NCBI GenBank assembly: GCA_965228895.1 | Contig: OZ245842.1 | Coordinates: 320,001-384,000 of the forward strand | Direction of reading: 5' to 3' | DNA from: Alphaproteobacteria bacterium | GTDB lineage: Bacteria > Pseudomonadota > Alphaproteobacteria > SP197 | DNA length: 64,000 bases | Shown here: in pieces, positions 10,085 to 19,168 of the stretch | Numbering within the stretch: the stretch's first letter is position 1 | Layout: every line of letters starts with the position of its first letter | Notes under the pieces: model-generated | Told to the model about the DNA's origin: nothing | Database searches by the model: none | What the model saw: only the letters and a program-made list of their open reading frames with translations | Made by a program: the position numbers and the translations under genes

Positions 10085-11322
10085 GACTATGCATTCACCG
10101 AGGTGCGGAAGAGATCGGCGGTAACTGCATTCAACTCGAGGCCGACGGCAAGTCACTGTTGCTCGACCTTGGTGCGCCACTGACAGGTGATTGGGAAATC
10201 GCAGAGGCGCTGCCGCAGGTAGACGGCCTTACTGATGGGGACAACCCGAACCTGCTGGGCATTGTCATCTCGCATCCGCATGCCGATCACTACGGTCTCG
10301 CTTGCCATGCGCATCTATCCATTCCGATTTACATTGGCGCCGAAGCCGACAAGTTACTGAGAGCGGCGAGCGCCTTCGGGCCATTCGGTGCGGCGTTCCC
10401 CAGTGTCATCCACTATGAAGACCGTAAGGCTTTCGACGTGGGACCGTTTCGCATTACGCCATATCTGAACGACCACTCAGCATTCGATGCGTACTCATTT
10501 CTGATTGAGGCTGGTGGCAAACGTCTCTTCTATTCCGGCGACATTCGTGGCCACGGGTGGAAGAAATGGGCCTTTGAGCGACTGCTTATGGACGGCCCTA
10601 GGTCCGTCGACGTCATGTTGCTCGAAGGGACGACGCTGGGTCGAGATGGAGAGGGACCTGTCGTGTCAGAAGCCGATCTTGTCTCGTCACTGGCGGCCAG
10701 CATGGCCGATACGAAGGGCATGGTTCTCGCGGCATTCTCCGGCCAGAACATCGATCGCCTGGTCACATTCTACAAGGCCTCACTAATGGCTCGCCGCAGT
10801 TTTGTAGCGGACCTCTACATTGCCCACTTACTTCGAGCAATTGGCCGCAAAACTCTGCCGGACCCGACAAGCAATGCGGCAAGGGTCTACTTGCCTCGAC
10901 GCATGAAGCTGAAGATTGTGCGAGACAAGTCGTTCGATCTCGTCGCCCCGTATAGACGGCGTCGTATCTATCCGAATGAACTCCGCCGCCGCCGCAACAA
11001 CCTTGTCATGACGTTCCGAGCATCGATGATCAAAGACCTGGAGGACGCCGGCTGTCTAAAGGGAGCTCGACTGATCTATTCGTTGTGGCCCGGCTATCTA
11101 GAACGCCAAACGCCCGACCTGCGTGAATGGTGCGATCAGCACGACATCTCGTTTGAGGTCATTCACACTTCTGGTCATGCGCACCCCACAGACCTCCGAC
11201 GGCTTATCGATGCATTGAACCCTGATACCGTCATTCCGATCCACACGATCGTGCCTGAGCGATACGCTCCAATGTTCAACGGCTCGATGATCCTAAGAAA
11301 TGGACAGTGGGTCGATGTATAG
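10081..11322 (+). CDS. MBL-fold metallo-hydrolase, beta-CASP/RNase J-like
   Basis: IHRGAEEIGGNC, HPHADH, DHS, SGD, HTSGHA, PIH motifs; TTG start overlaps the upstream TGA. Confidence 0.85.
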   Translation: MRLCIHRGAEEIGGNCIQLEADGKSLLLDLGAPLTGDWEIAEALPQVDGLTDGDNPNLLGIVISHPHADHYGLACHAHLSIPIYIGAEADKLLRAASAFGPFGAAFPSVIHYEDRKAFDVGPFRITPYLNDHSAFDAYSFLIEAGGKRLFYSGDIRGHGWKKWAFERLLMDGPRSVDVMLLEGTTLGRDGEGPVVSEADLVSSLAASMADTKGMVLAAFSGQNIDRLVTFYKASLMARRSFVADLYIAHLLRAIGRKTLPDPTSNAARVYLPRRMKLKIVRDKSFDLVAPYRRRRIYPNELRRRRNNLVMTFRASMIKDLEDAGCLKGARLIYSLWPGYLERQTPDLREWCDQHDISFEVIHTSGHAHPTDLRRLIDALNPDTVIPIHTIVPERYAPMFNGSMILRNGQWVDV

Positions 11323-11361
11323 GCATGACCGGAATAAGGGTAGAGTTCAAGGCCAGGATCG

Positions 11362-12163
11362 TCAGTTGATCTTTCTTTTCGTATTCTTACTTTTTGTCTC
11401 CGGATAGTGCTTGCTGACGAAGTAAGGATTATCCTGCCCGGAGAACTTCATATCAATGCTGTCGACGCGGTACAGGCCGCAATTGATCAGGTCGGCGGCA
11501 TCGATATCGAAGAGGGCGACGTTATAGCCAACTTCGCCGAAGTTGCTCTTGTAGGCGATGCCGTCATAGCCAGCGTCTTTGAACAACTCGGCAATGGTTT
11601 GTGTTGCTACATAGTCAGCCAAATTGTCGCTCCGCGTCATTGGCTCAGCAAACGCCTTGGCAATTTGCCCCCACACTGACCTTTCGATTTCTTCCGGATC
11701 CGGTTCGTCGAAATAGAAGTGCATTCGATCATAGTCACGCGAGCAGTCGATAACGTCGAGTGTCTGGAGAAGCTTGAATTGACCTACGGAGATTTCTGAT
11801 CCGATCCAGGGCCGGACCTCAGACATGGCCGCTTCTTTCGTGGTTGCAAGGTAGAGGCACGGGATACCTTTCGGATTGGCCCGCCCTTCGGAAGCCCTGT
11901 CGCGCAGCGGTTTCATGCGATCCGGGAGATGCGCACAGGGCACCTCGGATTCATCGTTGCCCTGTTCTTCCGTACGCCAGTTATGGCCGAGCTGTGCGCG
12001 CCAAAAAATCGAACCTTCTTTCAACTGGACCTTACGCGAAGCGGCACCCTTTTTTTACACTATCCAGGAAAGCTTCGGAATCGACTGACCGGACATACCG
12101 GCGGTCGCGCCTAACCGCGCGCTCAAAGTTCCGGTAGCTCTGCCACGATCGAAATCCGCCCAC
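11362..12163 (-). pseudogene. RES-domain (NAD+ phosphorylase-like) gene split by a frameshift in an A7 run
   Basis: GRANPKGIPCLY, SEVRP, GIAYKS RES motifs; N-terminus MGGFRSWQSY... (GTG 12163, GGAGG RBS) joins in frame if one A of the run at 12050-12056 is removed. Confidence 0.75.
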
Positions 12164-12530
12164 GCCTCCAACGCTCCCCGAAAATCCGGCGACCTCACCA
12201 CTAGATCGGAGTTTAGGCTACACATACGTGTATTCAATTACTATACTTTCAACCATAGAAGACGCCGGTCTTCGAATCTGGGTTCTGCGCAGATTGCGCG
12301 AAGAATTTCTTGAAGCGTGCCGTGCTGAATAAAAACCGGCAGCTCAGGTCATCCGCGAGTTCATGTGTGCCTATGTAGACCGCTACAAGCAAGCGGACGC
12401 AAGCAGCTCACGTCGTCGGGACCGACCGGCAGAAAATGAATGAGCAGCGTTCAGAGCGGGAAACAACGCGAGGTGGGAACTGAAGGCTGATAGGGGCAAC
12501 AACTATGCGATAGGCAGTTCCAGGTGAACC

Positions 12531-14360
12531 ATGCATCTACGTCAACTTGACCTCAGAAATTTCCGCTCGTTCTCGAAAGAAAATGTCTCTTTCGAGCGGG
12601 GACTGACGGTTCTTGTCGGCGAAAACAACGGCGGCAAGAGCAACATTATCGATGCGATCCGACTTGTCTCAACGCCACTCGGCGGCCGGCGGGAACTCTA
12701 CTGCGAACAGACCGACATTCGTTTCGGCGCAACGCCGCGCACTTTTGAACTCTGCGCCACATTCGAAGGGCTCTCACCGCCGCAGCAGGGACGGCTGCTT
12801 TCGGCAACCACAAACGACACCTTGCAAGAAGCTTGCTTTGGCCTGACCTACGATGCGACGGGCCGGCAATCGCATGTCCGGCCCACGCTATGGGCAGGCC
12901 GCTTCAAGGCGATGCCCGAGTCCGGCGCCCATGAGATGATCCGGCATGTTTATCTGCCACCGTTGCGCGACGCCAAGCGCGCGCTCGCCTCCGGCAATCC
13001 CACGCGCATCCATGCATTGCTCAATCATTTTCTCGGTGAGCGCGACCCCGAGGACGTTGCGAAGAGTCTTGCTCGCACAAGCGAGCATCCGATTTTGACC
13101 GACGTTGATACTGCCGTTGCGACAGGTCTGGATATATTGACTGCCGGTGTCCGGCGGCAGGGCGCGGCGCTCGGGTTCAGCGCGGATGAAAAGCTTATAG
13201 ACATCGCTCGCGACCTGCGGTTCAAGCTCGCCGATCATGGGATTACCCCGGAAGACCTTCAGTATTCCGGACACGGATTTGCGAACCTCCTGTATATCGC
13301 GACCATCGCCGTCGAGCTTGAAAGAACCGACAACGCCGAACTGACATTGTTCCTCGTTGAAGAACCGGAGGCCCATCTTCATCCCCAGCTTCAGGCCGCC
13401 GTCCTGAACTTCCTGGAAGAGCGGGCGGAACAGTCGCTCATAGCCAAGGCCGACAAAGACGCGCCGGCCGGCCATCTACAGGTAATCGTGGCTACGCATT
13501 CGCCCAATCTGTCGGCATGGGTGCCCAGCAAGAGCCTTGTATTTGTCCGATCCGTCGCGCCAGCGGCAAAGGACGGCGAAGCGGCGAACGAGCCTGAACC
13601 GGGCGAGGCGTTAGAAGCCGCTGATCCGCAAGCGGAAGGGAAGCTACCCCCGCGTCCCGAGTCACGGTGTATTCCTCTTGCTAAACTTGACCTGACCGAC
13701 CCCGACCGCAGAAAGATCGATCGCTATCTCGACGTCACCAAATCAGCCCTGCTGTTTAGCGGCCGGGTGCTGCTGGTCGAGGGCATTGCCGAAGCGCTAT
13801 TGTTGCCGGTCATCGCCAAGCATTATGTCCTCAAGGACCGCCCCGCGGAATTACGCATATTCCGTTCGGCTGTTTTTGTGCCCATCGACGGTGTTGATTT
13901 TGCGCCGTACGCCAAAGCCCTGCTGTCCCCGTTTGACGGTGTGCGGATCGCGGACCGTCTTGTCATCGTCACGGACGGCGACAAACACACCAAAGATGAC
14001 GGAGAAACCGCCACCGGCGACAACCGGAAGACCGATCTTGATGAGCTGGCGGCTGAGAAGGGCGCGGCCGATGTTCTCGACGTATTCGTGAATACCTACT
14101 CGCTGGAAACCGAGCTGGTTGCCGCGGGGAATGCAGCGGATATGAAAGAGGTGTATTTGCACCTACATCCGCGGTCCGGGGCGAAGTGGGACGAGGCTAT
14201 CGCCAAGGAAGGCGATGACCGCGCCAAAGCCATACAAGAGCTTTTCAAGAACACGCCAAAGGGAGACTTTGCACAGCTTCTGGCGGAAAAGGTCGCCGCC
14301 AGCGACTCGTTCAACGTTCCCGTCTACATCCGGGATGCCATCGAAGCGCTGGTCAAATGA
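12531..14360 (+). CDS. OLD-family ATP-dependent endonuclease (ABC ATPase + TOPRIM), GajA-like
   Basis: GENNGGKS, VEEPEAHLHPQ, ATHS, LLVEGIAE and TDGD TOPRIM motifs. Confidence 0.88.
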   Translation: MHLRQLDLRNFRSFSKENVSFERGLTVLVGENNGGKSNIIDAIRLVSTPLGGRRELYCEQTDIRFGATPRTFELCATFEGLSPPQQGRLLSATTNDTLQEACFGLTYDATGRQSHVRPTLWAGRFKAMPESGAHEMIRHVYLPPLRDAKRALASGNPTRIHALLNHFLGERDPEDVAKSLARTSEHPILTDVDTAVATGLDILTAGVRRQGAALGFSADEKLIDIARDLRFKLADHGITPEDLQYSGHGFANLLYIATIAVELERTDNAELTLFLVEEPEAHLHPQLQAAVLNFLEERAEQSLIAKADKDAPAGHLQVIVATHSPNLSAWVPSKSLVFVRSVAPAAKDGEAANEPEPGEALEAADPQAEGKLPPRPESRCIPLAKLDLTDPDRRKIDRYLDVTKSALLFSGRVLLVEGIAEALLLPVIAKHYVLKDRPAELRIFRSAVFVPIDGVDFAPYAKALLSPFDGVRIADRLVIVTDGDKHTKDDGETATGDNRKTDLDELAAEKGAADVLDVFVNTYSLETELVAAGNAADMKEVYLHLHPRSGAKWDEAIAKEGDDRAKAIQELFKNTPKGDFAQLLAEKVAASDSFNVPVYIRDAIEALVK

Positions 14361-16105
14361 CCCAGCAACCCTTCAAGCCCACTGATCAGCAACGCGTGGT
14401 CATAGGTCATGACGGCTCGGCCTTCGTAGCGGCCTGTCCGGGAGCCGGGAAAACACGCGTTATGACCGAACGCGCCCGCCGACTGTTCCAGGGAATACCG
14501 GCGGGACGCGGCGTGGCTTTCCTGTCTTTCACGCAGGCCGCCGTTTTTGAACTCGACACCCGCCTTAGGCAAGAAGGGCTGCTGTCCACGCCGGTCTTTC
14601 CATACTTCATAGGCACCTTTGACAGCTTCGTCTGGCAGTTTCTTATTGCGCCGTTTGGAGTCAAGGATTGCGAGGCGCGCCCCCGCCTGATCGCCGACAC
14701 GGCGCATCTTCTGGTCGAGCCGTTTGATGGCGCTCATGCTTTGCCCCTTTCTTGTTTTTGTCCGCAGACAGGCGCGATTTTCGAGCGCGCAGCCAAGCGC
14801 AAGCGTTTTGACGTATCTCAAAAAACGGAGGCTCAAATTCAGAGATACGTAACCGCTGCCAACCGGCTCCGGGCGGGACTACGACAACGAGGTCATTTGG
14901 GTTTTGACGAAGCGCGCGCGGTTGCGCTCGAACGCCTCAATGACAAGGCGCTTGCTGACCGGATCGTTGCCGCGCTCGCGGGGCGCTTTCGCGAGGTAAT
15001 CGTGGATGAGGCGCAGGACTGTAATCCGGATGATCTGACAATTATTTCGTGGCTGCGCAATTTCGGCCTGCCCGTGAAGGTGGTCTGCGATCCCCATCAA
15101 TCCATCTATGAATTCCGCGGAGGCGTCACCGATCACCTTATTGAGTTTGCGGAAACATTTCCCTCCGACCAGCGTAAGGATTTGACAGGCAATTTCCGGT
15201 CTACACCCAATGTCTGCAAAGCCCTCGCCCAGCTGCGGCCGCCGACTGCTCGCGGCGCCCCTGATGATGCTCTGGGACCGCTAAAAGATGAAACTGCGCC
15301 GGTTCAGATTCTGTCATACGCGGGCAATGGTGTTCCCGCTTCGATCGGCACGACATTTTGCGCCCTGCTGCAGGAGGCGGGTATTGACATTTCATCCGCG
15401 CCCATCGTTGCGGCAACCAAGGCCAGCGGCGCTGTCGCCGCCGGGCAGCCCCGACCGACAGGCGGTAACCACCGGACTATCCGTCTCGCAGAAGCAGTGA
15501 CCGACTTTCATTTCGCCGCCGGCTTCAGCGACATGAAGACGGCCATCGAAAGCGTTCACCGGATTCTCCTGGAATTGGAAGGACGCCTTGGCGACCGTTC
15601 TTACCATCAATATCTCACGGACAATGAAATCGAACTGGCTAGCTGGCGTCCAAAAGTTATCTCCTTTCTCAGAGCTCTTAGGTTTGATGCGGCCAAATAT
15701 ACAGATGCAAGAGCGTGGCATGAGGCCGCCAAGGATTTCTTATCAAGCGAACTAACGATTGAAGACGGTAGGTCTATCTCGCAAAAGCTGACTTGGAATG
15801 CCGGCCTGGACGCGGCGCTTGCAGCTGTACCGGCCAAAACAGCAATGCCCCGGACAATCCATTCGGTTAAGGGCATGGAGTACCCGGCTGTCTGTGTGGT
15901 CACGACAGCATCCACGCTCAAGCGCATTCTGGATTTTTTGGAAACGGGCGAGCCGGTCGACAAAGCCGAGGATGCGCGCAAGCTTTATGTGGCCGCTTCA
16001 AGGGCCGAAAGGCTGCTGGTCATCGCGGCACCCAAGAGCCAGGCCGAACGGCTGAAGGCTCATCTTTCCAGCCAAGGTGCGGCCGTTACGATAAATGAGA
16101 TTTGA
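14357..16105 (+). CDS. UvrD/SF1 helicase, GajB-like (Gabija-type pair)
   Basis: ACPGAGKT, VDEAQD, DPHQSIY, NFRS, TIHSVKG, LYVAASRA; ATGA overlap with the OLD nuclease. Confidence 0.87.
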   Translation: MTQQPFKPTDQQRVVIGHDGSAFVAACPGAGKTRVMTERARRLFQGIPAGRGVAFLSFTQAAVFELDTRLRQEGLLSTPVFPYFIGTFDSFVWQFLIAPFGVKDCEARPRLIADTAHLLVEPFDGAHALPLSCFCPQTGAIFERAAKRKRFDVSQKTEAQIQRYVTAANRLRAGLRQRGHLGFDEARAVALERLNDKALADRIVAALAGRFREVIVDEAQDCNPDDLTIISWLRNFGLPVKVVCDPHQSIYEFRGGVTDHLIEFAETFPSDQRKDLTGNFRSTPNVCKALAQLRPPTARGAPDDALGPLKDETAPVQILSYAGNGVPASIGTTFCALLQEAGIDISSAPIVAATKASGAVAAGQPRPTGGNHRTIRLAEAVTDFHFAAGFSDMKTAIESVHRILLELEGRLGDRSYHQYLTDNEIELASWRPKVISFLRALRFDAAKYTDARAWHEAAKDFLSSELTIEDGRSISQKLTWNAGLDAALAAVPAKTAMPRTIHSVKGMEYPAVCVVTTASTLKRILDFLETGEPVDKAEDARKLYVAASRAERLLVIAAPKSQAERLKAHLSSQGAAVTINEI

Positions 16106-16183
16106 GAGGCCCGCCTTGAAGAGACAGCAAATCAGCGTTCGTTTGCCACGCTTCTTTGAGCGCGTTGTTTCGGATACCGCCAT

Positions 16184-17539
16184 ATGGTTCTGACGATTCA
16201 GCCCATTGGAGAACGCGAATTCGAACTATACGCTCTGTCACTGCCGCAAGGGCCGAATTTTGGGCACCACATGTTTCATTCCGCCTGGAAAACGCCGCAC
16301 AGCGAGGCGGTCGGCGCGGTCCTAATCGATCCCCAACGGCAGACGTTTCGCGCGCTGGTCATGCGGCGCCGTGGGGATCACCGTTTCGCTGTCACCCATC
16401 AGACAGACAGTCCCAGTTCGCCAGAAGCCGCGGCTGCTGTTGTGGCAGAGGCTATGCGGCCGGAAGACCCGCCCGAAGCTCTTCAACCCGGCGAAAAGCG
16501 GAGGCCAAAACTGTTCGCCGCCGGCAAAAAGCGGGTTTCTGAACAGCTCAGGATACTGACCGGCACGGTCTCGCATGTTCCGGCGCTCATGACCATCGGC
16601 GAGGTATACCTGGCCATGCCGCGTCCGGACGATAATTTCGTCCCCGATTTCCAGACGGAGAATTTCGATTCCCGCCTCTGGGAACTTTACCTGCTGGCCT
16701 GCTTCCGTGAACAGGGCGCGATGGTATCGCAGGATTATCCGTCGCCCGATTTTCACATCGAACGAGAGGGGCATTCCTGCTGGATTGAAGCCGTGACTGC
16801 TAATCCGCAGGAGCGGAGCGCACACGACATTGCCGCGCCGGTTCACGCACCCGAGGACCTTGGCGAGCGCTTACTGGGTGCGCCCGCCGCGCGTTTTGCT
16901 AAAACCCTGCGGAGCAAACTTCAGCGGGATTATGAAAAGCAACCCCATGTTCGGGGACAGCCGTTTGCGTTGGCGTTCGCGGATTTTCATGCGCCGAGTT
17001 CAATGGTGTGGAGCCGCGAGGCGCTGCCCTGCTATTTGTATGGCGTGCATCCACGCGTGAACGAGGGCCAGGATGGGCGGTACGCCGCCATGGTGTCCGT
17101 GCAAACGCTTCGAGGGAAACAGCAAATTCCCGCCGGTTTGTTTCGCGATCCGGTAATGGCGCACGTGTCTGCCGTCATCTTCAGCAACGCGGGGACGTTC
17201 TCCAAGTTCAACCGCATGGGCTTCCTGGCAGGATGGCGGCCCCAGGGACTGACGATGGTGCGCGACGGAATCCTGTTCGACCGCGATCCCGGTGCTTTGG
17301 AGCCGAAGCCCTTCAGGTTCGATGTTCTCAGCGATGAATATGCATCACTATGGCCCGGCGGCGAAGCGTGGTGCCAGGAGCTTGATGTGTTTCACAATCC
17401 ACTGGCGACGTATCCCATGAACTTCGATCTTCTGCCCGGCGCGACGCACTGGTTCGAGCAAGACGGCGACATTGAATGTTCGACGATCTGGGAATGGTCG
17501 GTGCTTTCGTCGGTGACTCATTTGAAAGTTGAGAAATAG
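16184..17539 (+). CDS. Hypothetical protein with a restriction-endonuclease-like core
   Basis: Long ORF; FDSRLWELY...SPDF...WIEAVT resembles a variant PD-(D/E)XK arrangement. Confidence 0.6.
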   Translation: MVLTIQPIGEREFELYALSLPQGPNFGHHMFHSAWKTPHSEAVGAVLIDPQRQTFRALVMRRRGDHRFAVTHQTDSPSSPEAAAAVVAEAMRPEDPPEALQPGEKRRPKLFAAGKKRVSEQLRILTGTVSHVPALMTIGEVYLAMPRPDDNFVPDFQTENFDSRLWELYLLACFREQGAMVSQDYPSPDFHIEREGHSCWIEAVTANPQERSAHDIAAPVHAPEDLGERLLGAPAARFAKTLRSKLQRDYEKQPHVRGQPFALAFADFHAPSSMVWSREALPCYLYGVHPRVNEGQDGRYAAMVSVQTLRGKQQIPAGLFRDPVMAHVSAVIFSNAGTFSKFNRMGFLAGWRPQGLTMVRDGILFDRDPGALEPKPFRFDVLSDEYASLWPGGEAWCQELDVFHNPLATYPMNFDLLPGATHWFEQDGDIECSTIWEWSVLSSVTHLKVEK

Positions 17540-17692
17540 GCGATGACCCGTGGACTATCAGTACCAGAAACAGATCAAAATAGAGATGTCTGATTTTATT
17601 GCGTAATATTGAGTAATATTTCTAATTTGTTGATAGACCTGATAGAGAAATTCGAAATATTTGAATGTTAAATAATATTTAGAGACAAGAAA

Positions 17693-18034
17693 ATGGCTTC
17701 TGGTGGAGACTTGACGTATTGGGCCAATCTTGCGGCGATAGCCGGTTTTATCGTGACGTTTGTTGGCGCCTGTGTCGGAATTTTTGGGTACTGCAGCTAC
17801 CGGCGAAGCTGGAAAAAGAAGACGGACGCCCTTGTTGGGTACTTAAAGACAAAGAAAGCGCAGGCTGGTCCCGGCAAGAAAGGGCAGCAGACCACTACGC
17901 ATCTGATCCGCTATGTCGGCCTTACCGAGGACGAGATTCTTAAGATCAGTTTTGAGAACAAGCACGTCGAGCGGACGGTCGGCAAGGATGAAGAGGGAAA
18001 GGCGGATACCCTCTTTTTCGAATACAAAGAATAG
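17693..18034 (+). CDS. Small membrane-anchored hypothetical protein
   Basis: N-terminal hydrophobic helix followed by a basic segment; AT-rich upstream region. Confidence 0.6.
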   Translation: MASGGDLTYWANLAAIAGFIVTFVGACVGIFGYCSYRRSWKKKTDALVGYLKTKKAQAGPGKKGQQTTTHLIRYVGLTEDEILKISFENKHVERTVGKDEEGKADTLFFEYKE

Positions 18035-18068
18035 GAAACAAGATGCCCAGCTGAAATCCGAGGATGCG

Positions 18069-19103
18069 ATGGTATTAAGAATAATAGTCGATACGTGCGT
18101 CTGGCTCGACCTGGCCAAAGACTATCGGCAGCAACCGGTCATCGGCGTTCTTGAAGATCTGGTCAAAGCGCGAGAGATCGAATTGCTTGTGCCTGAAACT
18201 GTTCTCGATGAATTCGGGCGTAACAAGGCCCGCGTGATCGAAGAAACGCGCCGCAGTCTTCAATCTCATTTCCGACTGGTACGCGAGGCCGTAAACAGAT
18301 TTGGCGACAATGCTTCCAGGATGGATACGCTCAACGGCCTGAACGAAGTCGATCACAAAATTGCAACCAAGGCGGAAGCGGTCAACGACTCGGTCGACCG
18401 GATTGAAGCACTCCTGAAATCAGTGCCGGCACTGCCGACGAGCGATACTGTCAAACAGCGCGTAACCGAACGGGCTATCGCAAAAAGAGCCCCATATCAT
18501 CGCGACCGCAACAGCGTTGGCGATGCCATCCTCGTTGAAATCTATGCCGAGCAGATATCAGCCGCTTCCGGCGCGCACGCAGAGTTCGCATTTGTGACGC
18601 ACAACACAAAAGACTTCAGTACGGTGAACGGTGATCGACGCAGGCCTCATGACGATCTGGAAAGCCTCTTCGATGCACCCGGATCGACCTATTGGGTTTC
18701 GATCGTTGACCTTATCAAGGCGCGTGATCCTGACCTACTGGCGGATCACGACTCCGAGTTCAACTTCTCTCAACAGTCCCGCACACTCTCCGAAATTCTG
18801 GAGGCGGAGCACCTTCTATTCCGGCAGGTCTGGTACAACCGCCACTGGAATCTTCGGGCCAAGATCGAGGACGGCAAGCACCATGTCGTTCCAGAGAAGG
18901 ATTATTCCCGCAATCCCTACCGTCGGGACCAGACCCTGGACAGCGTATGGGAGCAAGCTCTTGCAGCAGCTAAACGCACCGAAGAAGAGGTCGGCCTTGA
19001 GAATCTCGGGCCATGGGATGAATTCGAGTGGGGAATGATTAACGGCAAGCTGTCCGCTCTGCGCTGGGTACTGGGGGACGATTGGGACATGCTGGATACG
19101 TAA
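18069..19103 (+). CDS. PIN-domain protein with an extra C-terminal domain
   Basis: IIVDTCVWLD, VLDEF, GDAIL, VTHNTKDF PIN acidic motifs; GAGG RBS before ATG 18069. Confidence 0.8.
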   Translation: MVLRIIVDTCVWLDLAKDYRQQPVIGVLEDLVKAREIELLVPETVLDEFGRNKARVIEETRRSLQSHFRLVREAVNRFGDNASRMDTLNGLNEVDHKIATKAEAVNDSVDRIEALLKSVPALPTSDTVKQRVTERAIAKRAPYHRDRNSVGDAILVEIYAEQISAASGAHAEFAFVTHNTKDFSTVNGDRRRPHDDLESLFDAPGSTYWVSIVDLIKARDPDLLADHDSEFNFSQQSRTLSEILEAEHLLFRQVWYNRHWNLRAKIEDGKHHVVPEKDYSRNPYRRDQTLDSVWEQALAAAKRTEEEVGLENLGPWDEFEWGMINGKLSALRWVLGDDWDMLDT

Positions 19104-19168
19104 CCCATGGCTTCGGGGAATTTCCTTCGCGACGAGGAGGGCAGGAAGGTGCACGATAGCAAAGAGAT

